Source: Hydrolagus colliei (taxonomy: Eukaryota). From it: a stretch of 64,000 nucleotides of DNA. The stretch covers positions 1,612,001 to 1,676,000 of the forward strand of contig CM068756.1 in NCBI GenBank assembly GCA_035084275.1, written 5' to 3'. Numbering within the stretch: the stretch's first letter is position 1; each line of letters begins with the position of its first letter. Shown here piece by piece: positions 51,261 to 64,000 of the stretch. A program made the translations under genes and the position numbers. The notes under the pieces are model-generated. The model was not told where the DNA came from and did not search any database. It was given only the letters and a program-made list of their open reading frames with translations.

Positions 51261-53164
51261 AAACAAAAATACTGGGACCAATTGCTCCTCCTCCATTTGC
51301 AGTATTCCATGTTTCGTTCTTCTTTTAGCAGATTGAGGAAAGCTTCAGTGTGGAAAGTTTGCTTTTTGCATTTTATGAGATGAGATGTTGATGTTGGCAA
51401 AATAAATGGAGGATATCTTGGTTTCTTTCCCACGATTTCCAACACAGGAAGTTCCTGGTCTTAACTGGGCCATCTGGGAAGGTGTTGAACTGAACAGAAC
51501 TGAGGTGAAAAGATTTGTCAATACATCTTTTAAAAGAAAGAATTATTATACTCGTTGTATCAACCATGAATGGGTGAAGTGTGAGGACACCTACAAGTAG
51601 TCAAACCAAGATCGCTTTAGGCTTGCATCTCAATGAACATGAGAGAGGACAAGTATCATGTGAAACCTACGTTTGAATGAAACAAAAGATGGTATTAAAC
51701 AGTTCAATTTGTTTTCCTCACATGAACTGCACAAATAAAATTATTAAAGGAAGTATAAGAGACACAACAACAACAATTGGCACTTACACAACACCCTCCA
51801 TGCAAGGTAGCGTGTCAGAGCGCTTTGCACAACTCTGAACTAAATCGTTGACGTCCATTGATATTCATGATCAGCCTTCCAAACCACCATGTCCATACTA
51901 CAACACTATAAAATGCTACAACCATTCAGATGGCATTCCTTATATATTGAGTGTAGATTACCGAAAAACACTATTATGGATAACACTGTTATATTAATCA
52001 AAATTATATTCTGAGCCATGGTACGGGCTCAGATTGCCTTGAGGAGATGGCAAGACTTTTCCCTGGGGATAAGCAGGGATAGAAAACTGCAAGATAAATC
52101 AACAAGCAAGCTCTTGCACGCGTAATGTCAGGTCAAGTGTTGAGTTGGCTGAAGGCTGGGGAGGGTACACCTTTCAGGCAATGGCAGTGGCATGGGGATC
52201 TGGCGTAATGGGTGCTTCTGCCTTGAAGAACGGGGGAGTTGGGAAGGCCATAATTGGAAGGAGTTCAAAGAAAGAATAAAAAATACATGTAGTATTTACG
52301 CCCACCGTGTTTTCTGAGGAATGATATTCTTAGTCCCAAAGAGCCTTGGGAGTCAGACACAGGGACCCAAAATAATGAGGAGAAATAACCTGAATAAACG
52401 GATTGGAGATGGGGGGTGTGGGGGTGGAGGAGGCAATTTTGTGCATTGCCAAGTGGAAAATGGGAAACTGTTGTTAACTTCTGAGAATTCATTTAAAATG
52501 TAGACACTCAAAACCATATTACAGATGAGGGAAAATTGTATTCCTGCACGAAGACGCACATTTTAAAATACATTCCCACCTTCATTATAAGCTTTGTGGT
52601 TATAACATTGTCTCATTTATACAGCTGCTTGACCATGCTTCCTAACGTTTCGCATTACATTTTATATAACATTTTGACTCTCTCCCCCTCTAAATCTCAC
52701 TGTAACACACACCTCATTATAACAAGAAAAATACTGGCACCCAAGAATATTGTTATAATGAGGGTGGAGTGCACTGTTGAGGTGTCAAAAGGTGCCTGTA
52801 AAGACTAAAGGGTTAAACAAATTACAGAACAACAAAAGAAACATATCACAGTACCACAGTGATGTTGCAATGACTGTTAGGCTATTTTCAGAGAATGGGG
52901 CACTTCTCTCTACCTTCCCCTCCATTTTTGCCAGCGGCAACATGGCACAGGAATTTGCCCTCGAAACAGATCCTATGTAGGTTTAATAGAAACTGCAAAG
53001 AAAATGTTATCCAACTGCGATCATACTTGTGACTCTACAAAGGCCTCAGGTCAGTGTGTGTTCAGTTGAGAGTTTCAATCTTTTGCTTTAGCGGGGATAA
53101 TGAGACTACGATAATATCAGGTGGCAGCCCAGTTCAGATCGTCTTGGATGCTTCCCTCCCAAAT

Positions 53165-53265
53165 CACAGACGTTACACAGTGAATCCTATGAAGCACTTT
53201 TGAGACATCCTCTCGATGTGAAAGACACTATATCAAATGCCAAAGATTATTTTTCTTATTATTAT
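53165..53265 (+). mobile_element. Deu-SINE tail fragment
   Basis: gaagcacttttgagacatcc...gtgaaagacactatatcaaatgc. Confidence 0.7.
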
Positions 53266-53408
53266 TCTGCTGAATGGATGGTTAAAAAATAATTGAGCAA
53301 AAGAATTTCTAAGTATCAGATTAGAGTTTTTTTATTTATGTTTTCCGACAGATGGTGCCCCAAAGCAGTTTTAAAAAAAACACAATTGTGGCAGATTTAT
53401 GCAAATCC

Positions 53409-53510
53409 TAATAATAATAATCCTTGCGTTTGACACAGAGCCTTATCACGTCTTCGTTAGAATTTACCGTAAGTTGAATTGACTGTATAATTTCTGGTCG
53501 AAACAAAATA
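53409..53510 (-). mobile_element. Deu-SINE tail fragment
   Basis: taataataataatccttgcgtttga...gccttatcacgtc...gaattgactgta. Confidence 0.7.
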
Positions 53511-54667
53511 GGTTTTTTTTAAGTCAGTTGACAAAACTGCCACCCAAAAGTCAAAAAGAAACAGCTGTGAGTTTTCTCCAGCCCGACCCAGTTTCAAAAC
53601 CCACTGCATTGTGAATATTCTGCGGCACCCTTTAACACTGAACCACTCTGAAGTACTTTGCAATTGGCGCGGCTTGTAAATACTTTGAACTGCAGCGGTG
53701 CGTCGGAGTACAAATCTGCCAACTCAGTACGACCATTAATTTCTTTGTAAAAATCTACATACTGTAAAATCCATCAGGCAAACAACAGATGTCAAGATTG
53801 CTTAAACTCTGCCGTGCAGCCGCAGACGTGTATTCCGAAGAGACAGCTTCGCGAATTTCAAAGCGAGCATTCTAATAGTGTTTCCTCTTGTTGGGTTGAC
53901 TGAAAATGTTCACTTCCCAATTTTCAAGCGTCCCAGATGTATACATAGATGAAGCAAAACGTGACCTTTCCATCTGACTTGCAAATTCAACTTACTCCAG
54001 TGGACAGTGGACCAGACCAGACAGTAATAAAAGGAAATAAATGTGGCTTATTCTGCATGGATTGAATTCAACCTAGTGAAGACTATGACTGCTTTTTTTT
54101 AAGCCCCTGTAGGCAGTGCGTATTGTTACTTTGTCTGAATTGTTCGGAGATATAGAATGCATGATTCTTTGTACTGAACATCAAAAATAAATGTGAGAAA
54201 GTAAGTGATCTTAAAGCACTTTTCCACCAGGGAAAGAACGAGAGAGGAGGAGGGAGAGAGAGAGAGAGAGAGAGAAAGAGAGCTTATAGAAACTAAATCC
54301 ATTTTGTATTGTACATCAGGAAGCAATTAAATAAAAAATAGTTTTTCCATTTAATTCATGACCCTGTGAGACCTGAATGGAATGCTGGCGAAACATATTT
54401 ACAAGACAATGACACAAATTTTCAGTCACTGTTTGACCAAAAAATTAATGAAGAAATTCATGCAATTGATACCTTCGCTGTCTGCAGTTTGATGCTCCCA
54501 AGTGGTTGACTGTACATTTCACAGTTGTTTATGCAGCAACTATGACCATATGCAAACAGAGTGCTGGGTGAATGCTGGAACATCAGCATATGATTGCACA
54601 GGAGGACTGAGCACCACCAACATGTCATCACAAGTCCATTTCCAATCATTGCATTGTCGTTTAACTC

Positions 54668-54846
54668 AAGGAAAGAGAGAGTTAAGGGACGAGAGGAAGA
54701 ACAAAAGAGAAAGAGAAAGAGAAACAAAACCAAAAGAGGAGGCAGAGAGATGGAAAAAAAGAAGAATCCAAAATCGAGAAAGAAACAACAAATGGCGGGA
54801 GAGAAAGAAAAGTAGAAAGAGATTAAAAAAAGAGAGATAGAGGGAG
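54668..54846. repeat. Purine-rich (GA) low-complexity tract
   Basis: Direct reading; explains the K/R/E-rich ORFs here. Confidence 0.85.
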
Positions 54847-56494
54847 CTTTCTGATTTTATATATAACCCCTTAAACACATCTGAAACATCTTAAACATTA
54901 GATGGTGGTTCCGTGCTAGAATGTTTTCTAAAAACAAAATTTTTGAAAGTGCCAGTCACCTGCCCAGATAGTCACTGAAATAAATGACCACATGGAGCAG
55001 GTGAATCTTTAAGGACTAAGCCTGCACCAAACTTCAAGGGATTGTGAAGGTTTCTGTCTTTCAGATGTGTGGTACCTTCCTAGTGAGTCTGGATTGGCTC
55101 ATTGATTGACTGTTTCTCTCTCGAATTTCTATTTCTGGAGCATCTTGTTCAACAATTTGAAGTCCACCAAAAGCTCACAATCCCTATTCCTTCAAGTATA
55201 AATAGGGTAGCCTCCCTCAGCCTAACCCTAACCCTTCCTCCCACAAACTGAGGCCTTTAAAACACAAAATTAATGCCAGCTAGTCACCATTTTTCATTTA
55301 ACATTACCAGCCACTGGCCTGGTCAACTTGGTGATGTCTTCAGTGAGACCTCTCAGTTGTGTCCAGATGGACATTATGCATGTGTCGAAACTACCAGGCA
55401 AGAAATATATATGTGGAGGAGCCCCATAAAGGCTCAAAGCATGTTATGTGACCTCTGGAGACATGAGTCAGTAGGTTTCTGCTACGAACTATAAAGTGAG
55501 TAGATGTCAGAAAAGCATTGGAGCTCAGCCAGTATCTGAAAGAGGGCTGGTTCCTGTTTCTGATGAGTATCCTTCATCAGACTCTGAACAAACATTGGCG
55601 ATCAGAATCTCAACCTATCTTTCTTCTTCAGTGACAATGAGGCTGTGTTGTTTGCTTGCTTCTAAAGCTCCCCTGGATCTTTTTAACCCTTCTTACCCCC
55701 TCACTGATTATCACTTCACTTTGTCTATTTTCCAACCTGTGTACTCTTAAAAAAAAATCTCGTCGCTGTCAGGCTTTTGCTGGAGCACACGAAGAGAGAA
55801 AATTACTTTTGAAAAAGCAGGCGTTGAGGAGTGGGGGTGGGGGGTGTGGGCGGGAGTAACTACATAATGTGTGTGAACGGGGAAGTCAAGTAGTGCGGAA
55901 TAAGAATCTTTTAAAAGGACAGCTGCCTTTGTGATTTTCCCCATGGGATTGCCTGTCTTATTCATGGTAGGTGGAGGAGAACGAATGAAGAATTCTGGTT
56001 ATAAATATTTCACTACACTATTACCTATTAACTGCTGAAAATGGGGAGAGGGGCAGCAGTCCATTGAAGCAGTTCTGGTTTGTTAAGGGCAGAAACCTAC
56101 ATTCTGCAAAAGAAGTCAAGGCGTGATTTAAAAGCATCGTGAATTTTAAAGCATGTCATTTGGGTTTGATTTTAAATTGTCAGGTTATTCCTTTGGCTCT
56201 CACCGACTCCAAGTCTGGACCCTCTACGAGGATCGCCCAGTCCGATTCAAAAACCCAAATAGTATAACCACTGCAATAACACATCTATTGATCCAACTAA
56301 ATGGCACAAAGGCTTTGGATGACCTTGACCTGAAGCCCCTATAACTGAAATGCAAATTGTACTCAATCTGACCTTGGGAAACATTCTACTCTGAAGTACG
56401 GACACAAGTCCTCTCTTGCTTCATTCTTAAGCTCCTCGTTTATTCTTTGCTCTGATTTTGCCCTTTTTAGTTTACTTTGGTAGAAGTAAACTTT

Positions 56495-56755
56495 TAGCAG
56501 TAAGTAGGAACTCAGTTGTTAGTCGATTGACAGATCGCTTTTTGGGGGGATAATAATTTCTTCCAAAAAAATAATAATAAGTTGGTCACTTCAATCCACG
56601 ACTGTTTGCAGGATATTGCTATACACAATTGCCTGCCATGTTTTGCCCATCAAATATACAGTCAATTCACTTTATATTATATTCTGTGCTTTGAGACATC
56701 TCGAAGACATGCTGAGGCACTATATAAAATGCAAGAATTATTATCATTATTATTT
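56495..56755 (+). mobile_element. tRNA/Deu SINE, 5'-truncated
   Basis: agcagtaagtaggaac...gattgacagatcgctttt...ttcaatccacgactgtttg...cactatataaaatgcaagaattatt. Confidence 0.85.
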
Positions 56756-58429
56756 TCCTGTAAAATACCCAGTCACTGCACATTACAGTGAATCAATCCT
56801 GTGAAGCCTTTTGATACGTCCTCCTGATGTGAAAGGTTCTGCATCAAATTCAATGCATCCTATTACTATTTCATTATCATTACAAATTTCTAAAGGATAA
56901 ATGTTATACCTTTAATTCAAGTATTAAAACATGATTACTGATGAAGGAATGGCTGACAGAACAAGAGTGCAACACTCTTTGTTCCAAAGAGCAACTTGTG
57001 AAGTAAACATGTAGGGAGAAGGCAATAGAGGCTGTCCAGAACACGGACCACTCTTTCCATGTTCTACTTGGATTGTCTGTGAACTTGACCTTGTGTTTTC
57101 ATTCTGATATCCTCCTAAGGCACCTTTGCCATTTATTGGGTGAATCTATCTACACCCGGGTTTATCTTGAGGTTGGAGATGTTAACCACTTGCCGACTGT
57201 CACTGAATCGCTGATGGCAATGCTGGAGGAGATTCAACCTACAAAATACACAGTCACTATGACGTGAGAAACGCTTCAAGATATTTTACCATATTACGTG
57301 ATAATTATACTGTCAACACTACATTAAAGAGCTCCAAGATGCTACTCTCGTAACGGGTGCGAGATCAATGCAAGTTGTTGCTATTGTTGTTGTGCATTAT
57401 TGAGAGCTCAGGCTGGAAGTTTAATTCAATGTAAATTCAATGGATAATATCAGTTTGCTTTGCCCTTTATTACAAAGGACACATCATGTGGCAGTCTGTC
57501 TGAGAACTGACTAATGGAAACCCAAGCAGGTTTGAGTGACACATGACCCCGAGACATGAACTCAGTATTTTCCAGTTAGCGGTTCCGCACCGAACGACTG
57601 GAACAACCGGGCAAAGGCTAACCAGGCTCAGGGGTGACTAAGCAATGCAGATGATCTAAATCAAACCAACATGAAAACACGATCGAGACGGTGAAAAAGG
57701 GTCAAACATGCAAATTTCAGGAGGCTCTCACTGTCAAGATGAACTGGATGTACGTCAAAGCCAAACCTAAACAGGCAGAGCTTGGGAGGAAATGTGCATT
57801 GTTTTTCCCAGTTGTGGCACATCAGCTGTACTCTATGCTTTCCATAACTAGAACATGCACATCAGAGATGGCTAGACTCCAGCTCACTTCAGACTTCATG
57901 CGCCTTGACATATATTTACGAACGTAAACATTCAGCTTCTGTAGGAACCCAAACAACATTTCAGTTTGCTTCTGATATAAATCACCTAAAGCTTTACTGT
58001 GTAGTTTTAAAAGCAGATTTGACTAAAATACTAATAGACTAAAAGGCATATTTACTAGGATATTCCGTACGACATTGCATTGAGAAACGTTACAGCTTCC
58101 TATAAAACAAGCCCGAACGTCCATACAACTTTTCTGCTCGCAGGATTAGCTGCCGGGGTCGATCCAAACTCTTGCAGAATTCTTTCCATAACCCGAAATA
58201 TGTGGAACAAGATACGTTGCAATTATTTTGAAGTTAACTACAGACGAGATTAAATAAATGGTTTGGGGGACAATTTCTATTCCCATTCATGGGCCAACGC
58301 AGTCTTTACCGCAATTCCGCTTGTGTGCCGTGGCGAGCAGTGAGTCTGAATAAACCCGCAACAGCAGGTCTGCACCACAATATGCATTAACCAGGACATT
58401 AGACTACTTGGGGCAGATCCCACACCATC

Positions 58430-59040
58430 CTGCAGTTTAAAGCTGTGCTTGCAATCTGTCCCCCACATTAATCAAATAATGCTTATCACTCTGCATATGT
58501 ATGGCTTGCCACCTTTGACCTGGGAGAATGAGGCTGAAACGTAACCGTAACTGGCCGCACAGCAGCTAATAATCTCGCACAATGCAAACTTGAACTCCGG
58601 GGGGCCCCCGTGGTTTCCCCCTCCTTTTGTTTTAATTAAAATTAAAAAGCAAAAGAAGGCAAAACTGATAAATAAAAATAATGACCCTGCAAGACAGTTA
58701 CGGGCATTTTCTTCGTTAAAGGTGATTTTTTAATATACAAGTGAAGTGATTTAATCATAGGAAATATGGCTGGTCTGATCCTGTGGGGGTAATGGTGGTC
58801 TACAGGGACCTATATAGATTCCAGCTCCCCACTCCCCACTGACCCTGGGGTCATGGGCACACATGCTGACCTTGAACTATTTGCCTGGCTCCTTGCTTTT
58901 TTCAAGCCGTATTAATTACACATTGTGTTCTCCCGAATATGAAAAAATAGTCCCCGAGTCCATTAGCCCTAATTAAGCGAGCACCTTTGCTACAATCTTA
59001 GTAGATGAAGCAAAAGGAAACAAGGCAATACCAATAAAAG
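58430..59040. promoter_or_regulatory. Candidate conserved enhancer with nuclear-receptor half-sites
   Basis: TGACCCtgGGGTCA 58840-58853, TGACCTTGA 58867-58875, several TAATTA and TGATTTA motifs; repeat-free. Confidence 0.35.
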
Positions 59041-60568
59041 GAGCCCTAGCCATTGCTTTCAACGAAAATAATTGAGAAGATTTTGTCCAGGCTTTCATCA
59101 GGTTCAGAAATGATGCTGTGGCCTAAACATATCACTGTGAGAATAGTTTTGAGTCTTAATTCAATTTTTTGTTGTGCCACAACAGGAGAACACGAAGGGG
59201 TGGGGCGGAAAAAGATGGGTTTCTGATGAATGGTTTGTCTTAGTACATTACCTGTTGCAGTCATGACATTGCAGTCAAGTATGACAAAGCTGCAGTGAGC
59301 TTTGCTATATATCTGAATTAGGCGAAGACACATATGAGAAACATTTTGGACCATGTTTCTCAGCCCGTTGATTTTTTTTTATTGTGGGGAGGTTTGTTCG
59401 AAACTGGCAAGTGGTTACATTTTTAAAAATTAATCTCTCATTGTTTCTGCCACCGCCCGGCATGCCTCTACCTCTGTTTATTTTTGAACAGTGAGGAAAA
59501 CACAAAAATGTTGCTGAGGCGCATACACTTTTTTCCAACAGTCCTCAAAGCTGAAAGGCTGAAAGCTTCCTGTATTTAAATAGGATTTTTAGCATCCCTG
59601 ACACCAAAACCCAACCGGATGTCATATTGCGATAGAAGGAGGAATCATCCATCCCCTGCTTCCCCCTTCCATCACAAACACACACAAACCAGAATTCTAC
59701 AAAAACTTTGATGGCTGAGTCAAACTACTTTGACTCATTACAATGCACAGTTCCACAGTGTAGGCCTTCGTATGTCTGCACTGCCTTTATTAGCATTCAC
59801 TCCGAGGCAGCATTGGCTTAAACAATATATATTTTTAAAAATCCACACTTTAGGTTGCTGTTCACCTCAACCGAAAAGTCAATCACCTGCCGACTATCAG
59901 CGCACATATAGTCCCTTCTCAGTTATTAACGCACCAGAGGCATCTAATTACAGGATCAGCTAATCAGACGCAAAACAAAATTGATAAAAAAAAACCAAGT
60001 AGCAGGCAGCTGAGTGACAGACATCAGTTATGAAATTCTGGGGCCCATACTGAAACCTGTCAAATCTAGACACTATTATTTTGTCTGATTGATGTTCTCT
60101 TGTAAGTGATTGTTCCTGATCATATTAGAACGTATTGATTTTTTTTTGCGCTGTCTAGTTTTTATATTATGCAGGGCCAACTTAGGACTATTACCAGCGC
60201 TGTTGCATACTGTTAATCAAGCTCCCTTAGTCACTTTGATGACAAACAATTATAAATCTGTGGCGAGTGAAAATTGACCAGTTAGGCACAAACTGCAGGG
60301 AACGTAATGACTTGGTCTAGAGTTACTGTGCCTCGGAGACCTTTGACTGCAAGAGGGCAGGTTGAACAGAGAATAGCTGACTGGAAAGTCAGATGCAAAT
60401 CTGTGCCACAACACTTGTCTGGACATGCAGTATTGCCTTAAATTTACAAAGAAACATGGGAAAATAACCAATAGATCTTATAGTGCTTTAGCTCGCGAGG
60501 AAGCTGCCAATCAACATCACTGGCTGAAGAGTCACACCCAAAACGATAACCTGGTTTCTCATTCAGAC

Positions 60569-60604
60569 GCTGGCTGGCTGGCTGGCTGGCTGGCTGACTG
60601 ACTG
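60569..60604. repeat. (GGCT)n/(GACT)n microsatellite
   Basis: Direct reading. Confidence 0.9.
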
Positions 60605-61114
60605 CTGTGTTGTGCATCGCTGACATTTCTGTTTTTATTGCTATTAAATATTACTCTGTACCCCCGCACTCAGCTGTTTTTATCTGAATCTCCTATTCTA
60701 ATTCAGTGGGATATCAAGGAAATGAAAAACCATCACAAAAATTCCCGCATTTGATATGGAGTCTTATCATGCCGAAACGTCTTAAAGCGCTTCAGAAAAA
60801 TGAGTTGCTTTGAAGTGTAAGCTAAACAATCCAGCCAATCTGTGATCCACATAGCAATGGAGATGAGTATTCAAACAATGCTTCCCATTTTTACATATTG
60901 CTTAAAACAGTAAAACTATGTAAGGCGCTACGTGGCAATAGCTGGAAAGGCGGTGTTTTCTTAACCAATGTCTTAATTTTCAAGTTACAAAAATTTAGAG
61001 ATCTTATTGAAATGTGAGCAGAAGTATGGTGGGTGATTCACTTATTTCTGTATTGTCAGGTCTCTCCCACTCACCGGGAAGCAATCGGACTAACAAAGGG
61101 CGACACGAATCATG

Positions 61115-61228
61115 CCGCATTTTCCCACAAAACACACAGTCACTGCAATTTGCAATAGATCCTATGAAGTGCTTTGAGACGTCCTCCTGATATGAAAGGT
61201 ACAATATCAAATTCAAGGATTATTATTC
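61115..61228 (+). mobile_element. Deu-SINE 3' part
   Basis: ttttcccacaaaacacacagtcac...gaagtgctttgagacgtcc...atcaaattcaaggattattatt. Confidence 0.8.
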
Positions 61229-62094
61229 TATAAATCCAAGAGCTATTGTGCTCTCCAAATAGTCCCTGGTTCGCAAATGCTAATTAATATCCCACTTTAA
61301 GATATCCTCGGAATAAAGCTTTAAATTGGACAACTTTGAAAGTTACAGCTGACGGGATATAACGAGATATCATGCAATAGCATCTGACATACAATCATTG
61401 CTCTGTGCAGCTACTCTACATATTTCCTTTGAAGCTTTGGTGAAACTGCATTCTGATGTAGCCTAAGATTGTCTCTTAACATGCTGTATTGATGACTGAC
61501 TTTACTGGATTATAATATTGTAATTGATGATGGAATGTGGTTCGCTGTAAAGCATGTTTCTACCATTTAAAAAAAAACATTCAAAGGTCTGATTTGGAAA
61601 GTAGGCATTTTGTTCATTTTAATACTACTGATTTAGAACTATGACTGATTGAGGCAGAATATCCTTTAATATTTACGTCAGCTGCAATAACTCAGGTACA
61701 GAGTTCTAACTCTGTGTTAAACAATCATGTTGATACTGAAACATGCAACTCTTGGTTTTACTAATGTTGTCACATGCACACAACTGTGTACAAATGATCA
61801 ATTTTGTTTTCTGCCCAATGAATCGTGCTGGTAAAATTTTGTATCTTCTTGCCTTCCCAGTGTGAAGTTCACCATTTGTTTTATGAACTGTCAATAGGGG
61901 AAAATAGTTGGGAGCAGGCCCAGAATCCAGTTTTCCACAGTCAAATGGGAAGGAACAATTTTTCAGGATTCTGCTGGTTGCAAATCTAATTTTGTGCCAT
62001 TGTTTCCAATCAGAAAGAAATTCCACCAGCAGTTGCTCCTGTTATCCTGGCCAACAGCTCCTCCATATAAAATTGTCATTTGCTTCACTGCTAT

Positions 62095-62250
62095 TTTCAG
62101 CACCTGGTTGTGCTGCTGAGTTCATCTACAAGTACACAGTCACTACATATGAAGTACATTACTTGTGAAGTGCTTTGAGAACTTTTGACTTCATACTCGC
62201 TCTATCAAATCCTAGGATAATGATAATCATTACTAATATTAATAATAATA
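62095..62250 (+). mobile_element. Deu-SINE 3' part (decayed)
   Basis: cacagtcactac...gtgaagtgctttgaga...cgctctatcaaat followed by an AAT-rich tail. Confidence 0.65.
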
Positions 62251-63766
62251 CCACCCACCCTGTAGAATGGATTAACAACACATCAACCTAGATTTACCCT
62301 TTGCATTTGCTGGAGGTGGGAACATAATGGAAAAATTGATATGAAAGGATGATAATGTAATATAACTAATGCTTTAATCATCAACAGCTGTGAGAAGTGG
62401 TCTTCAGGCTGAATAAGGATCAAATTAAGCGATGATGCGAATGAAGACTAAGAACTGATGAAGTGGCTTTGCCAGTTAAGGCAGATCCCAATGCATGGAG
62501 AACAAAGGTGCGTGTTAGAGCGTGTTGAAAACTTTTGTCGCCTATAAAACAGATCTGGAGACAGCGACCTGTGCAATTTTAGTGCAGCATCAGACTGCTG
62601 TATTGAAAGACTTACAACTACCACAAGGGCGATGCATTTCAGTAAACGCCAAACCCTTGTATGGGTGTTTCACTGAATAGTTTATTCACACCGTTCGCTA
62701 TGGTTTCGGGTCGTCCAATTATACCTCCTCATTTCGAATCACCAACTCATTCCATTTGGAGGCAGATAAGCAGAACGATTTAATGTTAATGTCTCGGAGA
62801 GTTTTAATGTTAAATTCAACACAAAATCTTGCCAACCGTAGGACCGTGAAAATCTGTGAGAGAGCAGGAGTTGTTTTTGACCCGTTCTATTAGCTTCGGG
62901 AACCCATCCTTACTTACACATTACTATCCAATTCCGGACCCAATCTCAATGAACTGACCCAATGTCCAAGTCGGTTACGATGGGGGGAAATGGTACTTTA
63001 AGATGTTTTAACACATCTCTGCATTGCTTGGCGACCACTTCCTACCGGTGTTACTGCTTGCACTCTATCTGAGTGATGTAAAATGAGCTTATAATGAGCC
63101 CCACAGCTGCATGGGCACATTTTATATTGCACCCACTGGAGCACTGGTACAATATATAAAGCAGTAATAAAAGTCTGATTTGTTATTCTCACGCTTTAAC
63201 TCGTTCATTACTTAGGCCACAATTTTGGCAACGCGACAGCAGTATCATTCAGGTAAGAAGAGACACCAAAGGATGTCATGTCCTCTGTGCAGCATCTCCC
63301 AAGAGACTGTAAATGGCGATGGCTCTCAAGTCTGCAAACTATGATTGATTAGAAAAATTAAATAAAGCCTTTAAACGCTGTCAAGATCAGCTTTTAAAGT
63401 ATGATCCAGTCTCAGCCAACCGAAACACAAAACTTGAATTATAGTGAACAGAGCACGGCCACTATCCAATCAAAACATAATTTAAAGTTCATAATCAATT
63501 CAAGCAGTTTTTTTTATTGCTTCCAAGTAACTAATTCACAGGGGGATGCACCACGCACAAACTCGCCATCCCACTGTTCTTCAGAGGACATCGCATCTTG
63601 TAGGATCTCGGTGCTAAATTGATACTTATGCTTTGAGATATTTAAGATACTCAGTAATGCTTCCACTCCCAACACTGCCTGCAAACCCTCCGACCTGCAG
63701 CGACGTGTCTCCGCTAATGCATGGAGTCGAAGCATTAAGGTGGTCACAGCAGATAGCATCAATGTA

Positions 63767-63965
63767 CAATAAAAGTCTGTTTATCCGTGATCCGATCACC
63801 CATAACTTCCTTATAACTGGCACCTTAAAAAAAGTCCACATTCGATTAACCCGAATTTATCCAGCACAATGAATTTTTTTTGTGTGTTTTTGGCCGAATA
63901 TCCAGCACGCGCTTTAACTGGCATTGGCCAGGTCCCAAGGGTGCCGGTTAAACAGGCTTTTACTG
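63767..63965. mobile_element. Tc1/mariner-superfamily (Tigger/pogo-like) MITE, 199 bp
   Basis: TA on both sides (63765-63766, 63966-63967); TIRs caataaaagtctgtttatccg vs cagtaaaagcctgtttaaccg (18/21); internal taactggca repeats. Confidence 0.8.
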
Positions 63966-64000
63966 TACTTTAGTTTTGAGTGAGAAGGGAGTAGAGGGGT

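Noticed and set aside
54458-54878. Overlapping K/R/E-rich and L/F/S-rich ORFs
   Set aside because: Products of the purine-rich low-complexity tract.
62455-62490. CTGATGAAG-TGGC-ttt-GCCA as another hammerhead core
   Set aside because: The required GAAA box after the stem is absent and the flanks do not match the 27.6-kb element.

Overview
Vertebrate non-coding genomic DNA (roughly 40% GC, CpG-depleted, with microsatellites). I found no convincing protein-coding gene; the ORF track looks like noise, repeat translations or decayed LINE ends. The repeat content is dominated by tRNA-derived Deu-domain SINEs with L2-type tails, plus CR1 3' ends and a shark-type Penelope-like hairpin. This points to a cartilaginous fish, probably a chimaera (inference from recalled repeat consensus sequences, not a database search). 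Repeat-free, motif-rich blocks between the repeats look like conserved non-coding elements of a large intron or gene desert, and there is a promoter-like segment near 3.3-4.4 kb. The clearest structures are: (1) a 1182-bp non-autonomous EnSpm/CACTA-like DNA transposon with 34-bp TIRs, an AT target duplication and CCCATATGGG subterminal arrays (29508-30689); (2) a 92-bp-arm inverted repeat with a hammerhead-ribozyme core on each arm (27574-27776); (3) a 199-bp TA-flanked Tigger-like MITE (63767-63965); (4) LF-SINE-like and Meta-domain-like ancient SINE remnants. I see no evidence for a new multi-gene system. Repeat boundaries are approximate unless TIRs or TSDs are given.
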